Part shown: positions 11,468-39,400 of the stretch, piece after piece
How the letters are laid out: each line of letters opens with the position of its first letter
Position numbering within the stretch: position 1 is the stretch's first letter
DNA from: Heptranchias perlo
Lineage: Eukaryota
Reading direction: 5' to 3'
DNA: 64,000 nucleotides
Assembly (NCBI RefSeq): GCF_035084215.1
Contig: NC_090353.1
Location: forward strand, 18,910,001-18,974,000
Translations under genes and position numbers: made by a program
Notes under the pieces: model-generated
The model's input: the letters and a program-made list of their open reading frames with translations, nothing else
The model's database searches: none
What the model was told of the DNA's origin: nothing

Positions 11468-12111
11468 TAAAATATTAAGATGCCGACGTGGCAAAGAAGC
11501 AGAATGCAAAATGGTTAGAAAGGGTTAATTAGTTAGTAACTGAGATTGATACAAGTGGCCTGGCCCTCCTGCTGGGCCATATGTTTGCTTAGTCAGCAGG
11601 CCTGCATTGTCTTATCAATGATAGGTCTTTGATGTGAGTCAAGGACTGGTCTGAATGTCTCCATGTTTATGGCAGATCAATATAGGTAACGAGCTTAGCC
11701 AAAGTTGAAAGACATTCCGGGTTGGGAGATGAGGAACAGAAGGGACAGGGAAGAACATTCCAAGTTGGAAGATGAGGAAGTTATCCCCTTTGATGTCTAA
11801 CAGCAGCATGATCAGCACATGGACGATTTATGATTGGCCGGAAATAATGTAACCTCGCATGGCAACCTGTGCCCCGCTTATGATTGGTGTTGACCCTCGT
11901 TAAGTATGTTCCAACCCTATTCATCTGTATAAAAACGTGTGGATTTCTGTATGTTTTTGTTCTTGCTCTGCCAGCATAGAGGGACTCTATCAGGAGTCCA
12001 AATCAATGCTGCAGACTAAGAACCCTGCTATTAAAGATGTGTTGAACTTTAAAATGTATTCGACTTCAGTTATTACTGAACCAGACTGAGGGGAAAGAAT
12101 CCGGATCGTCA
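11440..12111 (+). repeat. Complete 3' LTR (672 bp)
   Basis: TG...CA; ~25-bp internal direct repeat (ACATTCC..GTTGG.AGATGAGGAA x2), two TGATTGG (inverted CCAAT), TATAAAA 11928, ATTAAA 12030. Confidence 0.9.
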
Positions 12112-14485
12112 GGAGCAAAGGGAGGGGGAGAGGCAGAGGGGTTTGGAGAGACAATTCCAGAGTGCGGGGCCTAGGCGGCTGAAGGTATGGCCACCAATTG
12201 TGGGGCGAAGGTAGCTGAGGATGCACAGTTCGAGGCGGGGGGGTGGTGTTGGTGTAGTTGTGGGGCTTTGAGCAGGTTACAGAGATAGGGAGTGGCAAGG
12301 CCATGAAGGGATTTAAACAAAAGGATGAGAATTTTAAATCTGATGCGTTGGAGAAATAGGAGCCAAAGTAGGTCAGTGAGGAATTGGTGTAGAATGAGGT
12401 ACGGAGAGCAGAGTTTTGGATAAGCTGAAGTAAATGGAGGGTGGAGAATGGGAGAACAGCTACGAAAGCATCGGAATAGTGAAGCCCCGGAGTGACAAAG
12501 GAGGGTTCTGGCAACAGATGGGCAGAGGTGGGCGATGTTATGGAAGTAGAAGTAGATGGTATTTATGATGGAGATGATATGGGGTCAGAAACTCAGCTCA
12601 GGGTCCAATAGAATTCTGAGGTTGTGAACACTCTGGTTCCGCCTGAGACAGTGGATGGAATCGATGGCAAGGGTACGGAGTTTGTGGTCAAAGATAATGG
12701 CTTTGGTCTTACCAATATTTACCTGGAGGAAATTGTAGTTCATGCAAGACCAGATGTTGATCAAACAGTCTGACATCACAGAAACAATGGAGGGTTGAGA
12801 CAGGTGGTGGAGAGGTAGAGCTTTTTATGTCTCAGTGTGTAGATGAGGAAGAGGTCAAGGATAGATTCTTGAGGGACTGGAGGATGGGAAAAGAAGCCAT
12901 TCCTGTATTTAATCTGACAACAATCGACGGTCGTCCCATTGAGCTGGATGACGGAGGAGAGCCACTGGAGGAGGATGGTTTGCTTGATCGAGTCAAAGGC
13001 TGGAGGGAGAATGAGGAGGGATACCATGGTCATAGTCACAGAGCTTGTCATTTGTGACTTTGGTTAGGGCCGTTTCAATGCTGTGGCAGGGGCGAAAATC
13101 TAATAGGAGAGATTCAAACATGGAGTTGCAAGGAAGGAGTGCATGGATTTGGGAGGCGACAATGCATTTAAGGACTTTGGAGAGGAAAGGGAAATTGGTG
13201 ATGAGATGGTAGTTTGCCAGGATAGAGGGTTAAGGATGTTTTTTGAGGAGGGGATGATGATGGCAGTTTTGAAAGGGAGGGGTACAGTACCTGAGGAGAG
13301 GAAACTATTTACAATGTCAACTAGTATGGGGGCCAGGAAGGGAAGTTGAATGGTCAGCACTTTAGTGGGAATCAGGTCAAGGAAGGAGGAAGTGGGTCTC
13401 ATGGATGAGATGACGTTGGAGCGGGCATGAGAGGAGATGGGAGAGAAACTAGAAAGAGACGAGGACTCAGGGCTAGGGTAGAGGTAGGCCTGGGGGGAGG
13501 TTTGGCTTGAATAGGAAAAGGGATGGGGGGAAGCAGCAGATGCAGCTGAATGGCAAAGATGTCCATGGGCTCATCGTACTTGTTGTTGGAGGTGAGGGTG
13601 GAGGGGCCAGAAGATAGATGTTTAGGGAGACGGTTGATAGTGGTGCAAAAAAGCCAGGAGTAATCTTTGCTCTCCAATGATGATTCTGGAGTAGTGGATG
13701 GTTTTGGCAAAGAAATGTGAGGCCTGATAGTGCTTGATGTGGTCCAGCCAGATGTGGTCATGGATGGCTAAACCAGTTGTTACCCAGATACATTTAATTC
13801 TGTGTTCCCTGGACTTGAAGTAGCAAAGATGGGGTCATACTAGGGGGAACAACCAGGATAGAAGAGAGTAAAAGTTTTTCTGGAGACAAGGGCATAAAGG
13901 TGGAGATGAGTGAGTGGTTGGTCAAATTATCATGGCAAATGGAATGCCAAAAGGTAGGCAGTTGGGAATTTGAAAGTGCAGTTGTAAATCTACTGTAAAG
14001 AGGGAGGAGATCTCGGTGAGAAACTCAGGGTGGACAAGAAGATATTAAAGGAGAGGTGACGGGTGGAACAGAGTAAGGTGATCAAAGGAGGAGATGATGT
14101 CTTTAGGAGTAGGAGGAGAGACCAAGGTGTGAATTGGTGACAAGGACCACATCATCGTAATGATTTGGGTGGGGCAGGTGGTAGAAAGTATGGAGAAATA
14201 AGAGGCAAGGTGTCACCACCCATGAACCAAGTTTGGTCAAAGCCAGAATGTCAATGCAGTCATTCACAACATGTTCATGGATGACAAGAGCTTTGTTCAC
14301 GTGTGAATGGACATTCTGGAGGGTAATGTGCAGAGGGTCAGTGATTGATCCGTTGGCAGAGTCCAAGGGAATAGTGGTGGATGGGGTGAGCTGATGGGAA
14401 GGATGTTGCCAAAGTAGAAATCTCCGTTTGTGTCACAGGATATATTTTTACAACCAGCATGGTTATCCCTAAGTATTAATTTTAT

Positions 14486-14800
14486 TGATGTGGAGATGCC
14501 GGTGATGGACTGGGGTGGACAAATGTAAGCTGTTGGACTATAACCTATTGTAAACAATTTTACAACACCAAGTTATAGTCCAGCAATTTTATTTTAAATT
14601 CACAAGCTTTCGGAGATTTTCTCCTTCCTCAGGCAAATGTTTGCCTGAGGAAGGAGAAAATCTCCGAAAGCTTGTGAATTTAAAATAAAATTGCTGGACT
14701 ATAACTTGGTGTTGTAAAATTGTTTACAATTGTCAACCCCAGTCCATCACCGGCATCTCCACATCAGGACTATAACCTGGTGTTGTAAGACTCCTTACAT
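14486..14800. mobile_element. Nested palindromic Penelope-like insertions (family A)
   Basis: Inner insert 14547-14766 with perfect 91-bp arms (14547-14637 / 14640-14730) and TSD GGACTATAACCT; outer related copy with TSD ~TTAATTTTAT; same family at 43291-43525. Confidence 0.75.
14640..14678 (+). ncRNA. Minimal hammerhead ribozyme motif (mirror copy on - strand at 14599-14637)
   Basis: UUUGC-CUGAGGA-A-GGAGA(AAA)UCUCC-GAAA-GC-UU-GUGAA. Confidence 0.65.
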
Positions 14801-14884
14801 TAATTTTATTGTTATTCATGTAATTCTGTATAACACCCCAAGTCCAAAGACAGAACTGGGAGTGATACCAACTTTTAAGTATCA

Positions 14885-15362
14885 ATGACGCGAGAGACCC
14901 GAGGCGGCGCTGTTTCGGCGTCCCTCGTGCTGCAATGACGCTCGGCGCCCTGAGGCGGCGCTGGTTCCGGCGGTCCCTCGTTGAAGTTGCAATGACGCTC
15001 GGCGCCCTGAGGCGGCGCTGGTTCCGGCGGTCCCTCGTTGAAGCTGCAGTGACGGTCGGCGCCCTGAGGCGGCGCTGGTTCCGGCGGTCCCTCGTTGAAG
15101 CTGCAGTGACGGTCGGCGCCCTGAGGCGGCGCTGGTTCCGGCGGTCCCTCGTTGAAGTTGCAATGACGCTCGGCGCCCTGGGGCGGCGCTGGTTCCGGCG
15201 GTCCCTCGTTGAAGCTGCAGTGACGGTCGGCGCCCTGAGGCGGCGCTGGTTCCGGCGGTCCCTCGTTGAAGCTGCAGTGACGGTCGGCGCCCTGAGGCGG
15301 CGCTGGTTCCGGCGGTCCCTCGTTGAAGCTGCAGTGACGGTCGGCGCCCTGAGGCGGCGCTG
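14885..15362. repeat. 57-bp GC-rich minisatellite (7 full units, one partial, one degenerate)
   Basis: Unit starts at 14935, 14992, 15049, 15106, 15163, 15220, 15277, 15334; unit RTGACGSTCGGCGCCCTGAGGCGGCGCTGGTTCCGGCGGTCCCTCGTTGAAGYTGCA. Confidence 0.97.
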
Positions 15363-15488
15363 CCGACGTCTTCTGGGCTATTCCCAGAGGCATCTGCAGT
15401 TTGGCGCGGTTAGAGCTGGTGTGCGAGAGCCAGGCTTTCCGTCCGTTGCTTCTTACACCAAGCGGTTGCCGCGGCCATCCCCAGAGTC

Positions 15489-31779
<16,291 letters not shown>

Positions 31780-33341
31780 GCTCAATAAATGTATAGACTG
31801 TGACTGTGGTTGATATTCGCATCAAGTGACATTCCTCTGAGGCAGTATCTGTAGCTATGGTGATGTGTATTTATGAAAAATATATTTCATGTGCTATTCT
31901 GTTTAAAGGTGCATTTATAATAACTGATTATCACATTTCTGACAAGTTGGATATACCATCTGGATTGCTGGGGGTCTGGAATGTTGCCTTAGATTGGTCA
32001 GGGTTGCCACTGTTAAACCAAAGTTGTACTATGAAAACTTGGGTAGTGGTTGTTTATAATCTCTCCCCTTTAACCCCCATAAGAATCAGTTACCATCCCA
32101 CCCCAAAGATTTTTTTTAGGTGAGGAGTTTTCTACCAGTATTTGTATTTCTCTTCGCTTTCCTACCCCTCCCCCCATGGCATGGTATTCCAAAGAGTGAC
32201 AAAGGAACTTGAGTAACTGGCATCCATGAACCATTAAGTTGGTTGAAGGGTGCATGTGCTCCATAGCCTGAGCTAGTAGAATGCTATGACCTCAAATTAA
32301 TAGGCAAGCTGACTCACCCAAGTGATTCTTGTGGTAGGTATTCATTTTTTTAATACCACTCACTATTACTAAGTTTAGCAGTTGTACATTCTTATAAAAA
32401 CCTGTCTCAAACCCACTGCATTCAGTTTAGAGTTTATGCCATTACTGTGCCTTATAGTGTAGTTGGTCCAGCAGACAATGTTTTTGTTAAATGTGGTTGG
32501 GATTATCAAGTTGTCGCTGTACTTAAAAGTGTATTAGGGTGTACAGTTAGACAGCCTGTGCAATCCGTCAGAAATGTCATTTTTTTAAAAAATGCCAGTG
32601 TCCATTATTGACTACTTATTGTTTTGGCGTTTCCATAGCAACAGAACTGATGCAAGAGTGGAGAGCAGAAGTGTTTTAAGAAGCTGTCTTTTTCAGAAAC
32701 CTGAGTATGCAAAATCTCTTTCATAATTATAATTAAGGTATATTTTGTAGTTGCAACTGCCAGATACTTGTCGGTGTTCTAACTTTTAGTGCAGGGCTCT
32801 AAACTGTTGCTGACTTTCTAATGTTTGTCTTAAAATGGATCTGGTAGAAATGTCACCAGCAGTTGTATAGGAATCAAAAAATATTGAGAGCCTTGCTACA
32901 AGTATACCAGATTTTCTGAAAAAGGTTGTTCAGTTTTTAATTACAAATGCAAAAAAAACCTTAAAGAGGAAAGTAAATGGCTTTCAAATATTTGTATAAA
33001 CTCGGTCAACAGTCTCTTTGTATTATAACAGTATATTATGGAATTAGTTCTAGATACCCATTGAAAAATGGATATTTATAAACTCTGGGACTTTTTTAAA
33101 GAAAACTAAATGTTGAGATTAGAAGCTAGGTCATTTGTTACTTTTTATTTTTAGTGTGGTGTGAATTTTTTAGAGCAAAGATGAACTTGAATATAAATTT
33201 TCAGTGTAGTAACTTTACAAATGTATTAAACTTTGAAATGTTCCTGTTCAGGTTATTTCTGTACAGAAAATAAGTTCAGAAGACCTATTTCATGTTAATG
33301 TATCTAGTTTTGTTATAAATTTTCAAAATAAATGGGTTTTT

Positions 33342-33347
33342 AATAAA
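33342..33347 (+). terminator. Candidate distal polyadenylation signal of ANP32
   Basis: AATAAA followed by a T-rich tract at the end of a repeat-free AT-rich 3' UTR-like stretch. Confidence 0.5.
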
Positions 33348-33895
33348 AAGTTTTTTTTTAACTTTTAGTTGAGGATATCTACCCTTTAACCTCCTGCAGC
33401 TTAGCGCATGAGCTATGTGTTCCCAACCCTCAGCCTGTATGAATAAAATTGGGTAAGCTGGGAGCCAAACATTCCTGTTTTTTGAGCTGCAAAATGCCAG
33501 AAGACTGGACTTGAGTGTCATCTGGAGTGATTGGGCATGAGTATCCACATCTTCACTCAATTATTGTATTTTGGGTTTAATTTACTTAATTTTAGCTGTC
33601 CAGTGTGAGGAGCTTGTTTATTTGGTGCCTTAACTGTAGGCTGGTAATAGGCTAATTAATTAGTTATGTAAGTGGTGACTAGCTGTCTTCTGGCTGTGGC
33701 AATTGGACTACTAGTAAATTAAGACAGTATAAATCACCACTGAGAGATTTGGTTTTGGTTTAAGCTACTGGAGTCTAGAAGAATATGGAGCTTGGTCTCA
33801 GTGTGAGTTCAGCCTTGAGGTACACTTGACCTAGAGTTATACTAAAGAATTATATCTCAAAACCAAAATATTGCATATGCTGGAAATCCAAAATA

Positions 33896-34445
33896 GAAAC
33901 AGAAAATGCTGGAAACACTCAGCAGATCAGGCAGTATCTGTGGAGAGAGAAACAGAGTGAACATTTTATGTTGATGACCTTTCATCAGAACTTGATAGAG
34001 ATAAACAGCTTTTTAGCAAGTGCAGAACCAGGGGAAAGGAGGGCAGGGAGAGGTCTGAGATAGGGTGGAGGATAGGAGTAATTAAAGAACAAAAGTGATG
34101 GTGCAAGACAAAAGGAGGTGATAATGAGCAGAGTAAGAAACAAAAGATGGGGCCAGAGGAGGTGTATATGGTTGCGGCAGGTCAGCAGAGGAAGAAAGAA
34201 GCATGGAAAATCTGACAGAGAGGAGAAGGCTTCTGTGTCAGGAAAGGCAGATAGACCCCAAGGGGTGCGGACTATCCCACCGGCCGTGTATCGATGGGGG
34301 ATTGACACCCCAAGTACCAGCATACCTCTGTTTCCAGTGGCTGTGGTGCAGCCATCCTCCATTACCCACACCTGCTGTCCGAGAGAAAATGGGAGTAGTG
34401 GTTAAGATCTAAAGCTGTTAAACTGAATGTTAAGGCCCAGAAGGC
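33896..34445 (-). mobile_element. Penelope-like terminal fragment (family B), hammerhead decayed
   Basis: Homologous to 1959-2330; reverse CTGATGA retained but GAAA changed to AAAA. Confidence 0.6.
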
Positions 34446-36344
34446 TGGAACATGTATCTCAAAGTTTGATTTGGGTACGTGCTAGTCAATATACGAATGA
34501 TATGCTGATACGGTTAGATGAAGTAGGGTGGAGGAGACTCGTGTGGAGCATAAACACTGGCATAGACCAGTTGGGCTGAATGGCCTATTTCTGTGCTGTA
34601 AATTCTATGTAGTTGGCATTCACATCCATGTGTTTCAATGTAAAGTTTTTAACAGGTATGCCTATATGTGGGAAAATGAGAAATTGGCATTGATCCTCGT
34701 TACTTACGCACTTCTCTTCAAATCAGAAATGTCCTGCATATCCTTCCAAGTGTGGCCGGTTTTGAAATTGTGTTCACCTGTGTAACTGCCCCTCAACGTT
34801 TGCTGGATCTGCTCTTGAATAGTGGGTTGGCCTGCTGACATGTAGAACACTTCTCCACTCACTCACACCATCCACAATAAGCTGGTGGGCCATTCTACAC
34901 CTTACTCCATTCATCAGCACTCCAGTTTGTGCAATTCATGATGCACTGCTCATTATTTATAGCATTTTGTATTCGTTAGAGGGTTAAGATCACTATTGCA
35001 GTTTTTTCTGATTGGCTGCTGTTCAGTTCATATTTATAATGCATCCTTACTCCAAGAATGCACATTGGGTAACCTTATTGGTTCCTGTAGGGGGAAAAAA
35101 TGCTCATTTAAAGCACAATCAGTGTACTAACCAAGTGACATAGGTGGGCTTCATTTTTCTCATTGGAATGCCCCAATAGCACTGTTTCTGCGTTCTGAAG
35201 AGGGATAGAGATCAGTTATGCCAGGTCATGGTCTTGTTCGTGCATGACTGTATTTCTGGGTGGGAGCAGAAAAAACCTGCGTAAAAGAGGCACAGATTTT
35301 AATTTTGTTAAAATGATATGCAAGTGATGGGTCAACACCTGCATCATTTTGCTCCAAGTGATAAGAATGCCAGTAAAAAGTTGACAGCAATTGTTGGACT
35401 GTGGCTGAGGTGCAAAGCTCATTAAAGGGGCAGGTAGGAGAAATAATTTTTGCAGCAATTCCACTTTGCACAATGCAAGGTGCTCTGGGGGTCCCATTGT
35501 ACTTGAGGAAGAACTTCTGGATGCTTGGAAAGTGAGGCAACATCGAAGGAGGGGAGCTCCTACCTGTCGTGATCCTGCCAACGGTCTCGATGCAGGGAGG
35601 TGACTGAGGAGCGATGCCTTCAGAGACTGATTCACCAATGAGACATGAAAGAGTTATGCAACATGCTGCGGGAAGGGAGTGGCTCTCCACCAATTATCAG
35701 TAAAACAGAAGGCAGGACTTAAAAAACAGGTTCGACAAGGCCAAAATTCAAGAGGGCACAGTCTTAAGCTAACAAGTGAGATAATGTCCTAGTAATCTGA
35801 GGGCTAAAGATATTTTTTCCCAATCATATGCAAAATATGATACTGAATATTACACAACACTGTCACAGCAGCCTATAAAGAACCTGACACATGCCTTGTT
35901 TAGTACATCTTAAAGAAAATGAAAAATTCTCACTTCCAGTTAGTTTGGGAACACTCATCTTTAGTTATTTTGAAATGGTGTGTAGATATTCACGCAACCC
36001 TATAAGGGTTAAGGGGTGGGTAAGGGAATTAGTGCTATTACTGATAGAATGTAGTAATATTCCTTCTGGCATCCAGTCCAACCTGATCTCTTAACTATTT
36101 CATCACATCTGTATCTGTTTACTTGAAATATTTTGTTTATGAGCATAAGCTGAAACCCCCCGGGACATATTCTGATTACTCTGGATACCTGCACGGTTAG
36201 GTTTGAATAATTCATACACTTTGCTTCTCTCCTTGTTTCAGAGACACCAGCTTTTAATTTATTGTAGATTCATTTTATAATTTATTTACGAGCACTGTTT
36301 ATTTCTTACCTGTTTCCATACATATCTTCCAGTAAAGACTCGTG

Positions 36345-36437
36345 ATGGTCAATGTGTTTGCATACCAGAGCTCTCAGATCGACTGGTGTGAAGACAATTT
36401 TCAGTTTTCAGAGAAAGTTGCTGAGTTTTACAACACG
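36345..36437 (+). CDS. ACER1: ACER1 coding exon 1 ([31 protein letters not shown])
   Basis: ATG 36345, donor GTGAGT. Confidence 0.95.
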
Positions 36438-39400
36438 GTGAGTGATAACTTTTGATTGTGTAATTTCAGGATTGTGTCAAACAACTTAAAGTACAAAACA
36501 AGCAGCATCATTTTAAACTCTATCACAGACTAGAATTAGAACAGACAGCAGCGTTTTAAACTATAATCACAGACTAGAATTGAAACAAGCTGTATAAAGC
36601 AGTATTTACTAAATTATAAACCTGTCAGGCTATTTTGACCAATCACAGATTTAACTTGAGTTCATGCTTATGATTTGCCATGAGGCATTCCTGATCTTAA
36701 ACTGACTGCGTACACCGATTGCCAAGCAAAAGGAATCACTATCTCCCCGTAGAGAGTACACAGCTCATAGTGGCTTGGATGCCTCCTTTCTGTATTTTAT
36801 TCCTCATTTATATAACTGATCTGCCACTGATGCAGCTGTTGATACTTGTGCCAACTCCGTAATATATATCTGGGTTCTCAGAAACATATCTGAGGGTGCT
36901 CTCCAGATAATGGTGGCTTGTTTTTGGGTTTTCCTCCAATGTTGGCACCTATATAAATATGACGGATACCAGCATTAAAGACATGTCTACAGTTAGTGAA
37001 GGAGTTTCACTGCCACTAACCTGCTGGGGGTATCCTCATCTGAGGGTATCCTCAGCCATTGGGGAGTTACCAGATCAAAAGAAACAAGGTTTTAAAACAT
37101 TTCCAAAACAAAAGCATATGGACAAGCCACTGCTGCTTAAATTATTTAGAATCATATGGCACAGAAGACGACCATTCGGGCCATCGTGTCTGTGCCAGCT
37201 CTTTGAAAGACCTAAACAATTTCTTAAATGATTTTTTTTCTTTTGTTTTGACAACTTCACAAAGGCTGGGGAAGCTCCATACTGGTGAGTGGTAGAGACA
37301 CCACTTCGCCATGTACGGAAGGGAGAATTTCAGTCTGGCAGTCAACGTACTTGTTTGCCATCTCTTCCGTCCTCACTATTTTTATAGTCTCTAACGTAAG
37401 TGAGCGAGTTTTAATAGAGGGAGGCAGAATGTAGATACATAGCATTATTTCAGTGGCTCTTGTGTTTCTAATCTTGGTTTTGTAGAAGCCGGATAGCCAG
37501 GCTACATTTCTGTCGTTTTATAGATGATGGAGTCTACCACAGAATAGGCTATTTTTATCCAATTCATTAGTTTCTTTGGACTAGTTCACGAGCAAGAGAT
37601 TTTTTTTTTTGCAGTGCTGTTCCATTACTACTCTAACTGAAATTGCTTAACTGAGCACAAAGCAGATCAACAACAATTTGCATTTATATAGCACCTTTAA
37701 CTAATAAAACATCCCAAGGTGCTTCAGGGGAATGTCTATGGATGTAGATTATGTGGACTTCCAAAAAGCATTTGATAAGGTTCCATATAAGAGACTTAGC
37801 TAAAATGAAAGCTCATGGAATTGAAGGCAAATTATTGACCTGGTTAGGAGATTAGTTAAGCAGTAGATGACAGAGATTAAGGATAATGGGTATGTACTCG
37901 AATTGGAAGGAAGTGACTAGCGGTGTCCCACAAGGATCTGTGCTGAGGCCTTAACTATTCATTATATTTATTAATGACTTAGATAACACAATAGAGAGCC
38001 ACATATCCAAGTTTGCAGATGACACAAAGATTGATGGCATAGTAAGTAGTGTAGACCGGAACATAAAATTAGAAAGATAGATTAGTGAATGGGCAAAACT
38101 GGCAGATGGATTTCAAAGCAGGTAAGTAAGTATGAGGTCATCCATTTTGGACCAAAAAAGGACAGATCTGAGTATTTTTTAAATGGTGAAAAGCTAGGAA
38201 CAGTGGAGGTCAAAAGTGATTTAGGGGTCCCTGTATACAGATCACTAAAATGTAGTAGTCAGGTACAAAAAGTAATCAAAAAGGCTAATGGAATGTTAGC
38301 CTTTATAACTAGAGGGCTAGAATATAAAGGGGAGGACATTTTGCTAAAGTTATACAGAGCCCTGGTTAGACCACATCTGGAGTACTGTGTACAGTTCTGG
38401 GCACCGCACCTTAGAAAGGATATATTGGCCTTGGAAGGAGTGCAGCGAAGATTCACCAGAATCTTACCAGGGCACAAAGGGTTAGATTATGAGGAGAGAT
38501 TACATAAACTAGGCTTGTATTCCCTGGAATATGGAAGGTTAAGAGGTGATTTGTTTGAAGTTTTTAGGATTTTGAACGGCATTGATAGGGTAATTAGAGA
38601 GATTTTTTCCACTGGTGGGGGAGTCTAGGATAGGGGGACATAACCTTAAAATCAGAGCCAGTTCATTCAGGAGAGAAGTTAGGAAACACTTCTTCATGCA
38701 AAGAGTGGTGGAAGTGTGGAACTCTCTCCCTCAAAAAGCAGTAGATGTGAGCTCAATTAATAATTTTAAATCTGAGATTGATGGATTTTTGCTAGCCAAG
38801 GTGGGTGGATGGAGTTAGAATACAGATCAGCCATGATTTCTTTGAATGGCAGAACAGGCTCGAGGGGCTGAATGGCCTACTTCTGTTCCTATAATCAGAC
38901 AAAAAAATTGTCACCAAGCCAAAGAAGGAGAAATTAGGACAGGTGCCCAAAAGCTTGGTCAAAGAGGTAGGTTTTAAGGAACATCTTAAAGGAGGTGGAG
39001 AGGTTTAGGGAAGGAATTCCATAGCTTAGGGTCTAGACAGCTGAAGGCACGGCCGCCAGATGGGACAAAATAAGACAGGGAAATCATTGAATCATACAGC
39101 ACAGGAGGCGATTCGGCCCATCGTGCCTGTGCTGGCTCTTTGAAAAAGCTATCCAATTAGTCCCACTTCCCTGCTCTTTCCCCATAGCCCTCCAAATTTT
39201 TACTTTTTAAATATATATCCAATTCCCTTTCAAAAGTTATGATTGAATCCGCTTCCACCACCCTTTGGGTTGAATGACCAGCCAACTGTGTGATAGAAAA
39301 GTGTTAGATTATATTTAAAAAATCATCAGTGAGGTGATGGAAAGACATAAAAAGAACAAACAAATGAGCCAAAAGTAAGAGGGACAAAAGATCATGGGAG

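Larger units (their letters stand above)
8506..12111 (+). mobile_element. Defective endogenous retrovirus / env-bearing LTR element
   Basis: Starts TG (8506), ends CA (12111); 4-bp TSD GGAG (8502-8505, 12112-12115); direct repeats 8506-8754 and 11440-11688; PPT; env-like frame. Confidence 0.9.
8345..14440 (-). mobile_element. Near full-length degraded L2 LINE, split by the ERV (L2 parts 8345-8505 and 12112-14440)
   Basis: Minus frames show EN start (LQNVHS..NK...DILALT), LDLIPTK, NFLQVNIGKTK and LQLIQNSA; 3' tail ATAAATGCAAGTTGTT; the junction matches the uninterrupted copy at 38965-39060. Confidence 0.8.

Noticed and set aside
14885-15362. Regular repeats as a CRISPR-like array
   Set aside because: Units are contiguous with no unique spacers, the context is eukaryotic and there are no cas genes; it is a minisatellite.
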